Made by a program: the position numbers and the translations under genes. From an uncultured Methanoregulaceae archaeon (lineage in GTDB: Archaea; Halobacteriota; Methanomicrobia; Methanomicrobiales; Methanospirillaceae): DNA of 64,000 nucleotides. The stretch covers positions 544,001 through 608,000 of the forward strand of contig OY969564.1 of NCBI GenBank assembly GCA_963701095.1. The letters are read 5' to 3'. Below, piece by piece: positions 54,990 to 64,000 of the stretch (position 1 is the first letter of the stretch; each line of letters opens with the position of its first letter). Under the pieces are notes generated by a model. The model made no database searches, was not told the DNA's origin, and was given only the letters and a program-made list of their open reading frames with translations.

Positions 54990-57593
54990 TTATTTGTTTG
55001 AAGTAAATCGGTACTTTCCCTTCTGAACGTTAATCTCGAACCGGGCACCTTTCCCGGGCAAACCGTTTTCAGTGATGGTACTACCGGTAATTGACAGGAT
55101 CTCACGTGACAGGAACAAACCGAACCCGGTGTTCTTCCCAAAACCCCGGGTAAACAGTCGTTTTTTATCTCCCTGATATATCCCCACGCCATCATCTTCG
55201 CAGATCAGGGCAAGCCCGGACGCCGCTTCCTGCGACCACACACGGATACAGGTCATAGCATCGCCACCGTACCTGAGCGCATTGTCGATGAGGTTATAGA
55301 ATACCTTCTCAAGAAGCGGATCTGCCAGGATCTCAAGATCGATTCGGTCGACTTGAACCTTCACACTCCTCATCGGAAGCTGTGTTGCAGCATGCATAAC
55401 AACCTCATTCACGTTCTGCCATGCAGCGGACTGTATCCCCATATCCTGATAATCCCGGGTGAACGCGATCTGGCGTTCAATCGTATCGATAACCTTCTCC
55501 TCTTTTTTGAGGAATTCAAGGATAGCCGGTTCCTGAATGTGCCTTCGGGAGAGTACCAGGTAACCTCGAAGGGAGAGCAGCTGGTTAAGAATATCGTGCC
55601 GGGTGATGCCGGAGAGGAGGTTGAGTTTCCTGTTTGCTTCCCGTATCGCATCTTCCATTATCCGGCGCCCGGTGATATCTTGAACGGTCCCGTGTAGCTG
55701 AACAACATTTCCCCCTTCATCGCATTTCACTCCTCCAAAGACATGGATCCACATACTCGTGCGATCGGCTCGGAAAATTTCCAGTTCAAGGTTGAATGGA
55801 TTTCCTTTGGTTAGCGCCGTTTCGATGGCTTTTTTGAGTTTATTCCAGCTCTCCGGAGTAAAATACCGTTCGAGTTCTGCATGAGTAGGAGCATGCCTTG
55901 GCGTGTCCTTTCTGATCATTCTGTAAAGTTCATCGGACAGAATAACGGTATCAGCATCCCGTGACCACTCCCATATCCCGATTTGAGCGAGACGGTATGC
56001 TTTATTTCGTTCTTCCTGAGCTGCCGCAAGCTGTTTATTTTTCTCCCGTAACTCAAGCTCTGTCTGCCGGTGTCCAGTGATATCGATGGCAACCCCAAGC
56101 ACCGCTGGTTTTTCGCAGCCCGGAAGAGAAAACGGGACTTTTGTTGTCTGGAGATGCCGTTGATTCCCGTACGCGTCAATATAGAGCTCCTCGGGAATGA
56201 ACTTGATCTGTCCTGTTGCAATGACCTCCCGATCATCCTCCAGCATCTGGCGGAGTTCTTCCTCATCCTTGTGAAAAAGCGCATGAGACTTCCCTTCGAG
56301 TTCGTTGACCGTAGTATTATATCCCTCTGCCACAGCCCGGTTTGCAAGGATATACTTTCCATCATAATCCTTGGCAAAGATCATGTGTGGAACGAGATCG
56401 ATAATCTGCCGCAGCTGGGCTTCCCTGCTTTTGAGTGCCTCCACATATTGTTTACGTTCGGTGATATCTCTGGCTTCTATGATGAGCAACCGTATGGAAT
56501 TGTCAGCTCCGAATACTGGTTTGAGGGAAAAGTCAACCTGCATCGTGGTATGGTCCAAACCCTGCAGCTCAGCTTCATAACGGACAAAGTTCCCGGAAGC
56601 TGCGTTGCGGATCCCTTCCTGTAACTCCCTGATTCCTGCCTCATCTCCCTTCCACCAAGGAGTTTCCCAGAAGGGGAGATTTATAACGTCTTCCATCCGA
56701 GCACCGATAAAACTCAGTGCCGTTCTGTTGGCATCAGTCAGGATTCCCTCCGGTGTCATCATACCAGTAAACTGGAAGGTACTGTCAAAGATTGCCCGCA
56801 TCTTGCTCTCGCGATCCCTGAGTGCTTCTTCTGCCTTCCTGCGTGCCGTCACATCACGGAAGACTACATGCACAGCGGGTTTATTCCTCCAAGCAAACGG
56901 TCGTGCTACCACATCCACATCGATAACGCTCCCATTCTTCCGGATAAATTTTTCCTGAATAACCGGCAGGTTCTCTTCAGTTGCAGATACTGATCGCTTA
57001 CGCACCAGTTCACGGTAAGCAGGGTGCACAAAAGACAGGAGTGGTTTCCCTATGATCTCATCGGATTTTTCTGCACCCATGAGTTTGAAGGCCGTGGCGT
57101 TTGCATAGACAATTAACCCATCCTGGTGAATCACAATACCGTCAAAGGAGGTTTCCACGAGGATCCGGTATTTCTCTTCACTCTCGCGCAATGCATACTC
57201 ATGAGCACGTTCTTCCTGTCTCCGCGAGACCGCCTGGCGGATCTTGTGCGCCAGCTCGGCAAACTGTGCCGTTGGATCTCCGCCTTTCTGGAGATAGAAG
57301 TCCGCGCCTGAATTAATGGCATCTATTACAACCTCTTCGCGTCCTCTTCCGGTAAACAGGATAAACGGGAGGGTATTTCCCGACCCTTTTAACATTTTTA
57401 GAAATGCGATTCCATCTATATCCGGCATCTTGTAATCGGAAATGATGGCATCGTATGTTTTAGTATTCAAAAGAGTAAGTGCATCCCGGGCAGAAGTAGT
57501 GATATCAATGCTGAACTGTCCGCTCTGCTCGAGAAAGAGTTTGCCTATTTCAAGCAGGCCGGGTTCGTCATCGACGTAGAGAACATTGTACAT
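54990..57593 (-). CDS. REC-multi-PAS sensor histidine kinase
   Basis: VLYVDDE...ISDYKMP receiver; about four PAS/PAC domains; ITRHDILN H-box; NLIDNA, DDGVGI and GFGLFL ATPase boxes. Confidence 0.93.
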   Translation of the reverse strand: MYNVLYVDDEPGLLEIGKLFLEQSGQFSIDITTSARDALTLLNTKTYDAIISDYKMPDIDGIAFLKMLKGSGNTLPFILFTGRGREEVVIDAINSGADFYLQKGGDPTAQFAELAHKIRQAVSRRQEERAHEYALRESEEKYRILVETSFDGIVIHQDGLIVYANATAFKLMGAEKSDEIIGKPLLSFVHPAYRELVRKRSVSATEENLPVIQEKFIRKNGSVIDVDVVARPFAWRNKPAVHVVFRDVTARRKAEEALRDRESKMRAIFDSTFQFTGMMTPEGILTDANRTALSFIGARMEDVINLPFWETPWWKGDEAGIRELQEGIRNAASGNFVRYEAELQGLDHTTMQVDFSLKPVFGADNSIRLLIIEARDITERKQYVEALKSREAQLRQIIDLVPHMIFAKDYDGKYILANRAVAEGYNTTVNELEGKSHALFHKDEEELRQMLEDDREVIATGQIKFIPEELYIDAYGNQRHLQTTKVPFSLPGCEKPAVLGVAIDITGHRQTELELREKNKQLAAAQEERNKAYRLAQIGIWEWSRDADTVILSDELYRMIRKDTPRHAPTHAELERYFTPESWNKLKKAIETALTKGNPFNLELEIFRADRTSMWIHVFGGVKCDEGGNVVQLHGTVQDITGRRIMEDAIREANRKLNLLSGITRHDILNQLLSLRGYLVLSRRHIQEPAILEFLKKEEKVIDTIERQIAFTRDYQDMGIQSAAWQNVNEVVMHAATQLPMRSVKVQVDRIDLEILADPLLEKVFYNLIDNALRYGGDAMTCIRVWSQEAASGLALICEDDGVGIYQGDKKRLFTRGFGKNTGFGLFLSREILSITGSTITENGLPGKGARFEINVQKGKYRFTSNK

Positions 57594-57731
57594 GCGTTAT
57601 ACCGCGTCTTATCATGTTACTGGTAGGTTTGAGAGATATAAAAAACACAGGATATATATCTCACCGTTTCAGGTATTACGCGCATCCCCTTTCGTTAATC
57701 CTCTTCTCCCGCTCACTTTCACCCCCCACAG

Positions 57732-57808
57732 ACCGGATCTTTATCCCCCCAGTGCAGCAGGGATCCGGTGTTATGCAGATCAAGATCCGAAATAAGACAC
57801 TGGGGGTG
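57732..57808 (+). other. Predicted pseudoknot/alternative RNA structure in the leader, covering the RBS
   Basis: 57732-57742 pairs with 57759-57769; loop CCCCCAGTG (57746-57754) pairs with CACTGGGGG (57798-57806). Confidence 0.45.
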
Positions 57809-57814
57809 TCGTAA

Positions 57815-58069
57815 ATGGGCAGGACATTTTCCAGTATCCGGCTGGGTGTTAACAACATGGCGGACCGGTGGGCCCGGTCAGCCCGGGCACTCAAAAAGGA
57901 GGGCCGGAAGTATGGCGAGCGTCTCGTGGAACTTGTAAAAACGCATTCGAGTGAAGCATTTGTGGCTTGCGATGACCCTCTCGAAGCCGTAGTCTTCTCT
58001 GCACTTGTCGAAATCTTCAAACGCCAGGACCGGCTTGAAGCAGGGGTTGAGAAATATGTGGATTCTTGA
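57815..58069 (+). CDS. Small PolB2-associated protein (arCOG07300-like)
   Basis: MGRT.SS.R...W.R..RAL..E......L N-terminus; overlaps the polB2 start; GGGGGTG RBS. Confidence 0.75.
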   Translation: MGRTFSSIRLGVNNMADRWARSARALKKEGRKYGERLVELVKTHSSEAFVACDDPLEAVVFSALVEIFKRQDRLEAGVEKYVDS

Positions 58070-60011
58070 TACCGCATACCGGGATGGAGGTATCGATCTC
58101 TGGACAAAGGAGAGGGGCACCGTAACAAAAGTTCACCGCGCGTACATCCCGGAGTTTTATGCCCGGTTCCACGACCCGCACACCTACCCGGATATGATCG
58201 CGGCACTGGAAAAACGGTATGGCGCCAGGGAATGCACCATCCGCACCATTTTTGGGGAAGACAAAGGCTGGGCGATCTCTGCCGGCCGGGAAGTAGCCGA
58301 AACTATCGAACACCAGGTGCAGTACGCGGTTGATCTCTATAATGTGGACGTGCGCAGGGATCAGCGTTTCATGGCAGAACAGGGAATTGTTCCCTGCACC
58401 GGGGAACGCGATGACCGGTTTTCCCCGGAAATTTCCCATGATCTGGCTATCCTTGAGATCAGGATCCGTGGCAACCCTTCCATAACCACGTCTTGCACCG
58501 ATGTAGAAGTTATCCACGGACGAACAGAGCGGCTTACCGGCAAGACAAAGGCAGTACTTGTGGATCTTTTCGGTCTTGTTGGATCATATAACCCTGATGT
58601 GATTCTTATGCCGGACGCTGATACGTGGATGTCGAAGATCCGGACCCTCGCGCAGCAGTATAACCTTATAATGCCCTTCTCTCGGAACGGAAAGTACCGG
58701 CAGATGGATTCCCGTTCGTACTGGAGTTACGGGAGAATGGAGCATAAGGCGGCCGCACTTGTCCCGGACGGCCGTATCCTCATTGATACGGAACAATCGT
58801 TTGTCTACCATGAGGGTGGACTCGACGGCGTTCTTATGGCAGCCCGGCTTTCGGGGATCTCCCCCAACCTCGCGTCCCGGTTCACGCCAGGAACACTCAT
58901 CAGCAGTTACGAGACTTACGAGGCGATAAAAAAAGGCATCGGAGTACCATTCCGCAAGAGCGACCCGGAGCTGGTGCGGAAGCTTCCCGCACTTCTGGCT
59001 GCCGACCGGGGCGGAATGATGTTCCAGCCAAATCCAGGAGTCTTTGAAAATGTCGATGAAATCGATTTTACCTCCATGTACCCCTCCATCATCGTACAAT
59101 CAAATCTCTCACCGGAAACAATCGGTCACACGGAACGCGCAGGATTTCTTCCCGCCGTGCTTAAACCGTTACTTGATCTCCGTATCGCGACAAAACGGCT
59201 CAAAAAAACCGATCCCCGGTTTGCCGGCACCGATGCGATTCTCAAGTGGATGCTTGTGACCTGCTTTGGGTATACCGGTTACAAGAATGCAAAGTTCGGA
59301 AGAATTGAAGTGCACGAAGGTATCACCAGAACGTCACGGGAAATACTGTTGCAGACAAAAAAGATCGCTGAAACCATGGGCTTTCGCGTGCTGCACGGTA
59401 TCGTCGACTGTCTCTGGGTACAGGGAACGCCAGTCAATGCACTGATGGAACAAATCGAGAAAACGATCAGTCTCTTCATTGAGGCCGACCATTTCGACTG
59501 GATCGTTTTCCTGCCCCTTGCAGACGGGTTTGGTGCGTACAACCGGTATTATGGCAGGCAGCCTGACCAAAGTATTAAAGTCCGGGGGATAGCAGCACGC
59601 AGACACGATACACCAGCGTATGTTCGGGAGATGCAGCGTCGTATGTTGTATATTATGAAACGGGCAGCAACCATCACAGAGCTCATACAGGTAAAAGATG
59701 AGATTTCCGGTATTTTCTGGCAGGCTGTCGCGGACCTTCCTAACGCGGACCCGGAACAGATGACAATCAGTCGCCGGATTAGCCGGCTGACGTACACTCA
59801 CCGATGCCTTGAAGGTGCAGCGGTTCAGGCATACCGGGATCGGGGAGTTACGGTATCTCCCGGTATGAAGATTCAGTATACCGTGACCGATGCCTCCCGG
59901 TACCAGGTAGCCCCTGCATGGTGTGCAGACACCTTCGATCCAGAGTTCTACCGCGGGCTTCTCGATCGGGCATACGCCGAAATCACGTTTGCGTTTGCCG
60001 GATCGTACTGA
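58056..60011 (+). CDS. polB2: Family B DNA polymerase, PolB2 group
   Basis: Motif A DFTSMYPSII; motif B variant LKWMLVTCFGYTG; motif C variant HGIVDCLW; NRYYG and KVRGI. Exonuclease region degenerate. Start MWILD at 58056. Confidence 0.88.
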   Translation: MWILDTAYRDGGIDLWTKERGTVTKVHRAYIPEFYARFHDPHTYPDMIAALEKRYGARECTIRTIFGEDKGWAISAGREVAETIEHQVQYAVDLYNVDVRRDQRFMAEQGIVPCTGERDDRFSPEISHDLAILEIRIRGNPSITTSCTDVEVIHGRTERLTGKTKAVLVDLFGLVGSYNPDVILMPDADTWMSKIRTLAQQYNLIMPFSRNGKYRQMDSRSYWSYGRMEHKAAALVPDGRILIDTEQSFVYHEGGLDGVLMAARLSGISPNLASRFTPGTLISSYETYEAIKKGIGVPFRKSDPELVRKLPALLAADRGGMMFQPNPGVFENVDEIDFTSMYPSIIVQSNLSPETIGHTERAGFLPAVLKPLLDLRIATKRLKKTDPRFAGTDAILKWMLVTCFGYTGYKNAKFGRIEVHEGITRTSREILLQTKKIAETMGFRVLHGIVDCLWVQGTPVNALMEQIEKTISLFIEADHFDWIVFLPLADGFGAYNRYYGRQPDQSIKVRGIAARRHDTPAYVREMQRRMLYIMKRAATITELIQVKDEISGIFWQAVADLPNADPEQMTISRRISRLTYTHRCLEGAAVQAYRDRGVTVSPGMKIQYTVTDASRYQVAPAWCADTFDPEFYRGLLDRAYAEITFAFAGSY

Positions 60012-60237
60012 ATGGGATGTAAAACGGGATCTTTTTACGCCACCCCGCTTATTTCTTTTTCGGCACAACCTAGCTGGGATGTCACTTGTAATAAACCAAA
60101 AGTGTTTATACCGCTTTTTGAAAATTACCCCACTATTGAAATATCGATTGAGTGAGGGGTATGCGAGAAAATGATCCTGTAAAAACCGACCGTTTTTTTA
60201 CTGGCGATAGGGAGAAGAACAAGGTGGGGATATAAGC

Positions 60238-61158
60238 ATGATATACGGTATTCGGTCTGGAGAAAAAGGGATCCGGGTTGTTATCACTGGGAAAGGGGGC
60301 GTCGGCAAGACTACTCTTGCAGCCCTCATTTCCCACCTGTTTGCAAGGGAAGGCAAACGAGTCCTTGCAATTGATGGAGACCCCCAGCAGAATCTTGCGG
60401 TGGCGCTCGGAATACCAAAATCAAAAGCAGAAAGTATTGTAACGGTATCAGAACAGTACGGATGTCACTGCGAGAGGACCGTAAAAGGTGATAATGGGTC
60501 ACCGGGCGGTTTTTTCATGCTTAATCCTGACGATGTCGACCGGATTTCGATACCTGCGGGAAATAATATCCGTCTATTGGTCATGGGAGGAGCAAAAGAG
60601 GCCGGCGGATGCCTCTGTCCGGAGTATTCCCTGCTTGCAGCAATACTCAGGCACATGAATATTCTTGAGGATGAAGTTATCATTCTCGATACACCGGCCG
60701 GCCTTGAACATTTTGGACGATCAGTCGCTGAAGGGTTTACCTGTGCGGTGGTTATCACAGATCGATCGTACAATGCAATTTCTGTAGCCCGGAAATCCGC
60801 GGCACTGGCCCACCATCTCGGTATAGAAAATGTTGTACTTGCCATCAACAGAGCTGATGGTGAGACCAGAAACATTAATGTCTGCGGCAGAGAAGGGGGG
60901 GTTGCGGAGTTTTCACAGACCATTGTCATTCCTTTCGAACCAGAGGCCAGCCGTATAGAACCAGAGGTTATACCATTGGTCAACAGCAATTCAGCATTTA
61001 TAAAAAGCATCGAAATACTTGTAGCAGCAATTTCTGGCCGGTGCGAGAGCTGGTCCCGCCGGTTCGTTAAAAAACGCGAAGGGAATACAATTTTTCCGCT
61101 CCCTTTAAAAGATTTACTGAGGAATAGGATTCGCGTCCCGCGTGTTTATCGTTGGTGA
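60238..61158 (+). CDS. Second CooC-like Ni-insertion/MinD-family ATPase
   Basis: GKGGVGKTT, IDGDPQ.NL, GGCLCPE, DTPAGLEHFGR. Confidence 0.85.
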   Translation: MIYGIRSGEKGIRVVITGKGGVGKTTLAALISHLFAREGKRVLAIDGDPQQNLAVALGIPKSKAESIVTVSEQYGCHCERTVKGDNGSPGGFFMLNPDDVDRISIPAGNNIRLLVMGGAKEAGGCLCPEYSLLAAILRHMNILEDEVIILDTPAGLEHFGRSVAEGFTCAVVITDRSYNAISVARKSAALAHHLGIENVVLAINRADGETRNINVCGREGGVAEFSQTIVIPFEPEASRIEPEVIPLVNSNSAFIKSIEILVAAISGRCESWSRRFVKKREGNTIFPLPLKDLLRNRIRVPRVYRW

Positions 61159-61196
61159 AAACAAACGTTTTTCCATATCCTTATGGACAGTGGCTA

Positions 61197-62069
61197 ATGA
61201 ACAGTACCGATCCCATTGAGATCCCGGCCCATCATGCGGTGTTTTCCGTAACGGCACTTTCCCCCCGGTTTCCTATACCCCCTGAAATCCCAGCACAGGC
61301 TCTGTTGATTCTTGTTTCTAACCAGCGCATAGCGATTTACGACGGTGATACTCCACAGATCTATTCGCAGGCCGGGCTTCATACGAATATCCGTACTTCG
61401 TGTCTTATTGAATATCTCGGCCACAAAGGTGCAGTCCCCTATTACGCTGCAGGGTTGGCTGACAATACTCTGCTCCCGGAGGGTTGGACTTTGAGTGGCG
61501 TGCGCGAGCTTTACGGAAGAATACCAGAAGAAGATCTTGCAAATGCATCTTTTGCGGTCCGTATGATCGGATCGGCAGAAACAAGCCGTTTCTGCGGCCG
61601 GTGCGGGCACGAAACTGAGCGTGTCATTATGGAACGGTCAAAAAAATGCCCAGCCTGCGGATTGGTGAGCTATCCACGAATATCCCCGGCAATTATCGTC
61701 CTTATCATGCGGGGTGATACGATCCTGCTTGCCCGGTCTCCCCGGTTTCCAGAAGGGATGCGGAGCGTAATCGCTGGGTTTGCAGAACCGGGAGAAACAC
61801 TGGAAGACGCTGTCCGACGCGAAGTACAGGAAGAGGTGGGTATTTCCGTAAAAAATATCCATTATTTTGCCAGTGAACCTTGGCCGTTCCCGGATTCGCT
61901 CATGATCGGATTTGTGGCCGATTATGCCTCTGGTGAGATAGTTATTGACAACAATGAAATCATCGCTGCAGGTTGGTTTGGGCTGGACAATCTGCCAACG
62001 CTTCCCCAACAAATGAGCATATCGAGAGCACTTATCGATTATTGGATAAACCTGAAAACAGATAGGTAA
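61197..62069 (+). CDS. nudC: NADH pyrophosphatase (NudC-type Nudix hydrolase)
   Basis: FCGRCG...CPACG Zn finger, YPRISPAII, GFAEPGETLE.AVRREV.EE Nudix box, SEPWPFPDSLM. Confidence 0.92.
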   Translation: MNSTDPIEIPAHHAVFSVTALSPRFPIPPEIPAQALLILVSNQRIAIYDGDTPQIYSQAGLHTNIRTSCLIEYLGHKGAVPYYAAGLADNTLLPEGWTLSGVRELYGRIPEEDLANASFAVRMIGSAETSRFCGRCGHETERVIMERSKKCPACGLVSYPRISPAIIVLIMRGDTILLARSPRFPEGMRSVIAGFAEPGETLEDAVRREVQEEVGISVKNIHYFASEPWPFPDSLMIGFVADYASGEIVIDNNEIIAAGWFGLDNLPTLPQQMSISRALIDYWINLKTDR

Positions 62070-62170
62070 TGCCTTACCACAGGAAAACTGCCACGTTTTG
62101 GAGCATGAACAGAACCGCAGGCGATATAAACATAGATATAATATAAAGCCTTTTAACTTGTTAGAGAGCA

Positions 62171-64000
62171 ATGGTGATGAATTCTGAACCATCAGGTACA
62201 GATGCGGACATCCCTGAGGGCGAGAGCGCCATTGATGTCTTCATACTCTGCAAAGATGACCGGGATTCCGAGGAACTCTGCGGGCAGCTCGCGCCTCAAG
62301 GATACCGGGTCACCCTTTTTTCTGACAGTGCGGATCTGGTAGCAACCCTTCGTACAGGAAAACCCAACCTCCTTATCTGCGACGCCACCGGCCCGGGAAA
62401 GAAGGATATGACATTTGTCGGGAGATTAAAGCTGATTATGATCTCTGGAGGATCCCGATACTCCTTGTCACCGGCGTCGCAAGTCTCGGTGATCTTCTGG
62501 TTGTTCTTGACAGCAATGCAGACAACTTTCTCGCACGGCCGTACGATCCACAGTATCTTCTTTCGTTGATCGAGACGATGCTTTCATCCCCGGTTGAAAA
62601 ACCGGATCCCGAAAAGATCCGTACCCAGTTCAAGATCCGGCACGAAGATCGCGATTATGTGATTATGGCGGATCGCAGGAAACTCCTGGAATTCCTGCTT
62701 TCCTCGTTCGAGATTGCAGTCGACCGCGCCGGGGAGCTGGCACATGTCCAGAACGCCTTGGACGGGCTTAAATCCACACTTGAACGCCGGGTCTCAGACA
62801 GAACAAACGAACTTGTCACCGAAACAGCCCGGCTTCAGATGCTGTTGAATGGGAAGAACCGCGAACTGGAAACCGCCTCAAAGGCGATCAACGAGCAGAA
62901 AAAAGGAGAAGCTGCCCTGCGCAGCACGATGGAAGAGCGCGAAAGGGTCATTTCAGCAAACCGTGACGATATCACCCGGCTTTCGCAGGAAATTGAATCA
63001 ACCCGTGCACGCCTTGCCGAGGCAGAAGACATAGTCCGGACTCTGGGAAATGAAAAGGATGAACTTGAACATGCGCTTCGCGGTGATGCCGAGTCCCTGA
63101 ACCGTGACCTCGGACAGACAAAAAAAGATCTGGAAGAAGCAAAAAAAGAACTCGCCGCCATTTTGGGACAGCGTACAGCGCTTGAGGCGCAGGTCGCTGA
63201 ATTCACCCTCACCCATGAAGACGCACAAAAAGTGCTGAACACTCGTGCCATGGAAATCGGGCAGCTTAAAAGTGATCTTGCCAGTGAGAAAAACCGGGCG
63301 GAAGCCGCTGAAATGGAAGTTAAATCCATACTTCAGGAAAAAGCGAGATCAGAACAGGACCTCCGGCACACGGTTGAGGATATCACAGAAAAGGCACAAC
63401 AACAGTCGCGGGAGTGCCTGAGACTTGCTGATGAGCTCGCCGCAGAAAACGAGCAAAAATCTGCAGCTGAGCAAAAATACAACGAACTTATCCAGGACCA
63501 AGCCAAAAAAGAGGCCGTGTTCGCCGCGGAAAAAAGTGCGATCGCGGTGCACTACAACACGCTCCAGCAGAAATACGACGCCTTGACAGAATCGTACTGC
63601 GCTGAACGCCAGAAGAGTTCCTCATTGGAAGCAGACATTACCCGTATAACAGCTGCGCAGGATCAGGTTAATCAAGAATTGCAGTCTGTCAGGGAAGAAC
63701 TTCGTCTGGCACTCGCTGCAAATGAGGATGAGCGAAGACTGCGTATCACTGCTGAAACCAATGCTGCGGCGATGGGAAAATCAAAGGAGGAGGAAATACA
63801 GACCCTTAAAAACGATGTTGCCTCGCTCCGCGCCGTGATTGAAAGCACCCAATCCGATCTCCTGCAAGTAAGGCAAGAACGTGATGCTGCACAGGAAACC
63901 CATGAGAATCTCAAAGACGATCTCGCCGCTGCTCTTCTTGCAGGTGCCGAAGCCGAAAAACTTTCCCGCTCTACGGCAAATGAGATGGAACAGGTAAAGG
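62171..64000 (+). CDS. Receiver-domain protein with very long coiled coil; frameshift near 62398; runs off the window
   Basis: PNLLICD...|EGYDICREIK.D.DLWRIPILLVT...ADNFLARPYD receiver, then ADRRKLLEFLLSSFE and an E/K/A/Q-rich heptad region open to 64000. Confidence 0.8.

Noticed and set aside
57815..60011. Casposon, provirus or other self-synthesising element built on PolB
   Set aside because: No Cas1, integrase, capsid or terminal repeats were seen; the motifs fit cellular PolB2.
236..62569. Many split genes as pseudogenes or programmed frameshifts
   Set aside because: Each gene has one indel and intact motifs, with no common slippery heptamer. The indels coincide with CCGG/AGCT/GTAC, so sequencing error is more parsimonious.

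Overview
Gene-dense archaeal chromosomal segment, most likely from a Methanomicrobiales methanogen (Methanoregula-like). This assignment is inferred from gene content and style, not from a marker gene. I found no rRNA, tRNA, CRISPR array or transposase. Main blocks: (1) housekeeping genes (M42 peptidase, aminotransferase, hexulose-6-phosphate isomerase); (2) an operon with a bacterial-type acetyl-CoA synthase, both corrinoid Fe-S protein subunits, an ASKHA corrinoid activator, a core (MesB-like) methionine synthase and CooC, but no CO dehydrogenase; (3) a ~4,350-aa all-TPR gene containing a recent 816-bp tandem duplication; (4) a DtxR/MntR regulator plus Zn/Mn ABC importer sharing a candidate operator; (5) a STAS/RsbW-like partner-switching trio, with one STAS fused to an apparent acetolactate-decarboxylase-like domain; (6) a six-gene Hyf/Ehr membrane complex whose large subunit lacks the NiFe ligands and whose small subunit has lost all four canonical [4Fe-4S] cysteines; (7) a REC-PAS histidine kinase divergent from a small-ORF + PolB2 operon whose leader can form an RBS-covering pseudoknot. 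Twelve single-base frameshifts split or fuse ORFs. Deletions sit at CCGG and insertions at AGCT/GTAC, which points to methylation-linked long-read errors rather than pseudogenes.
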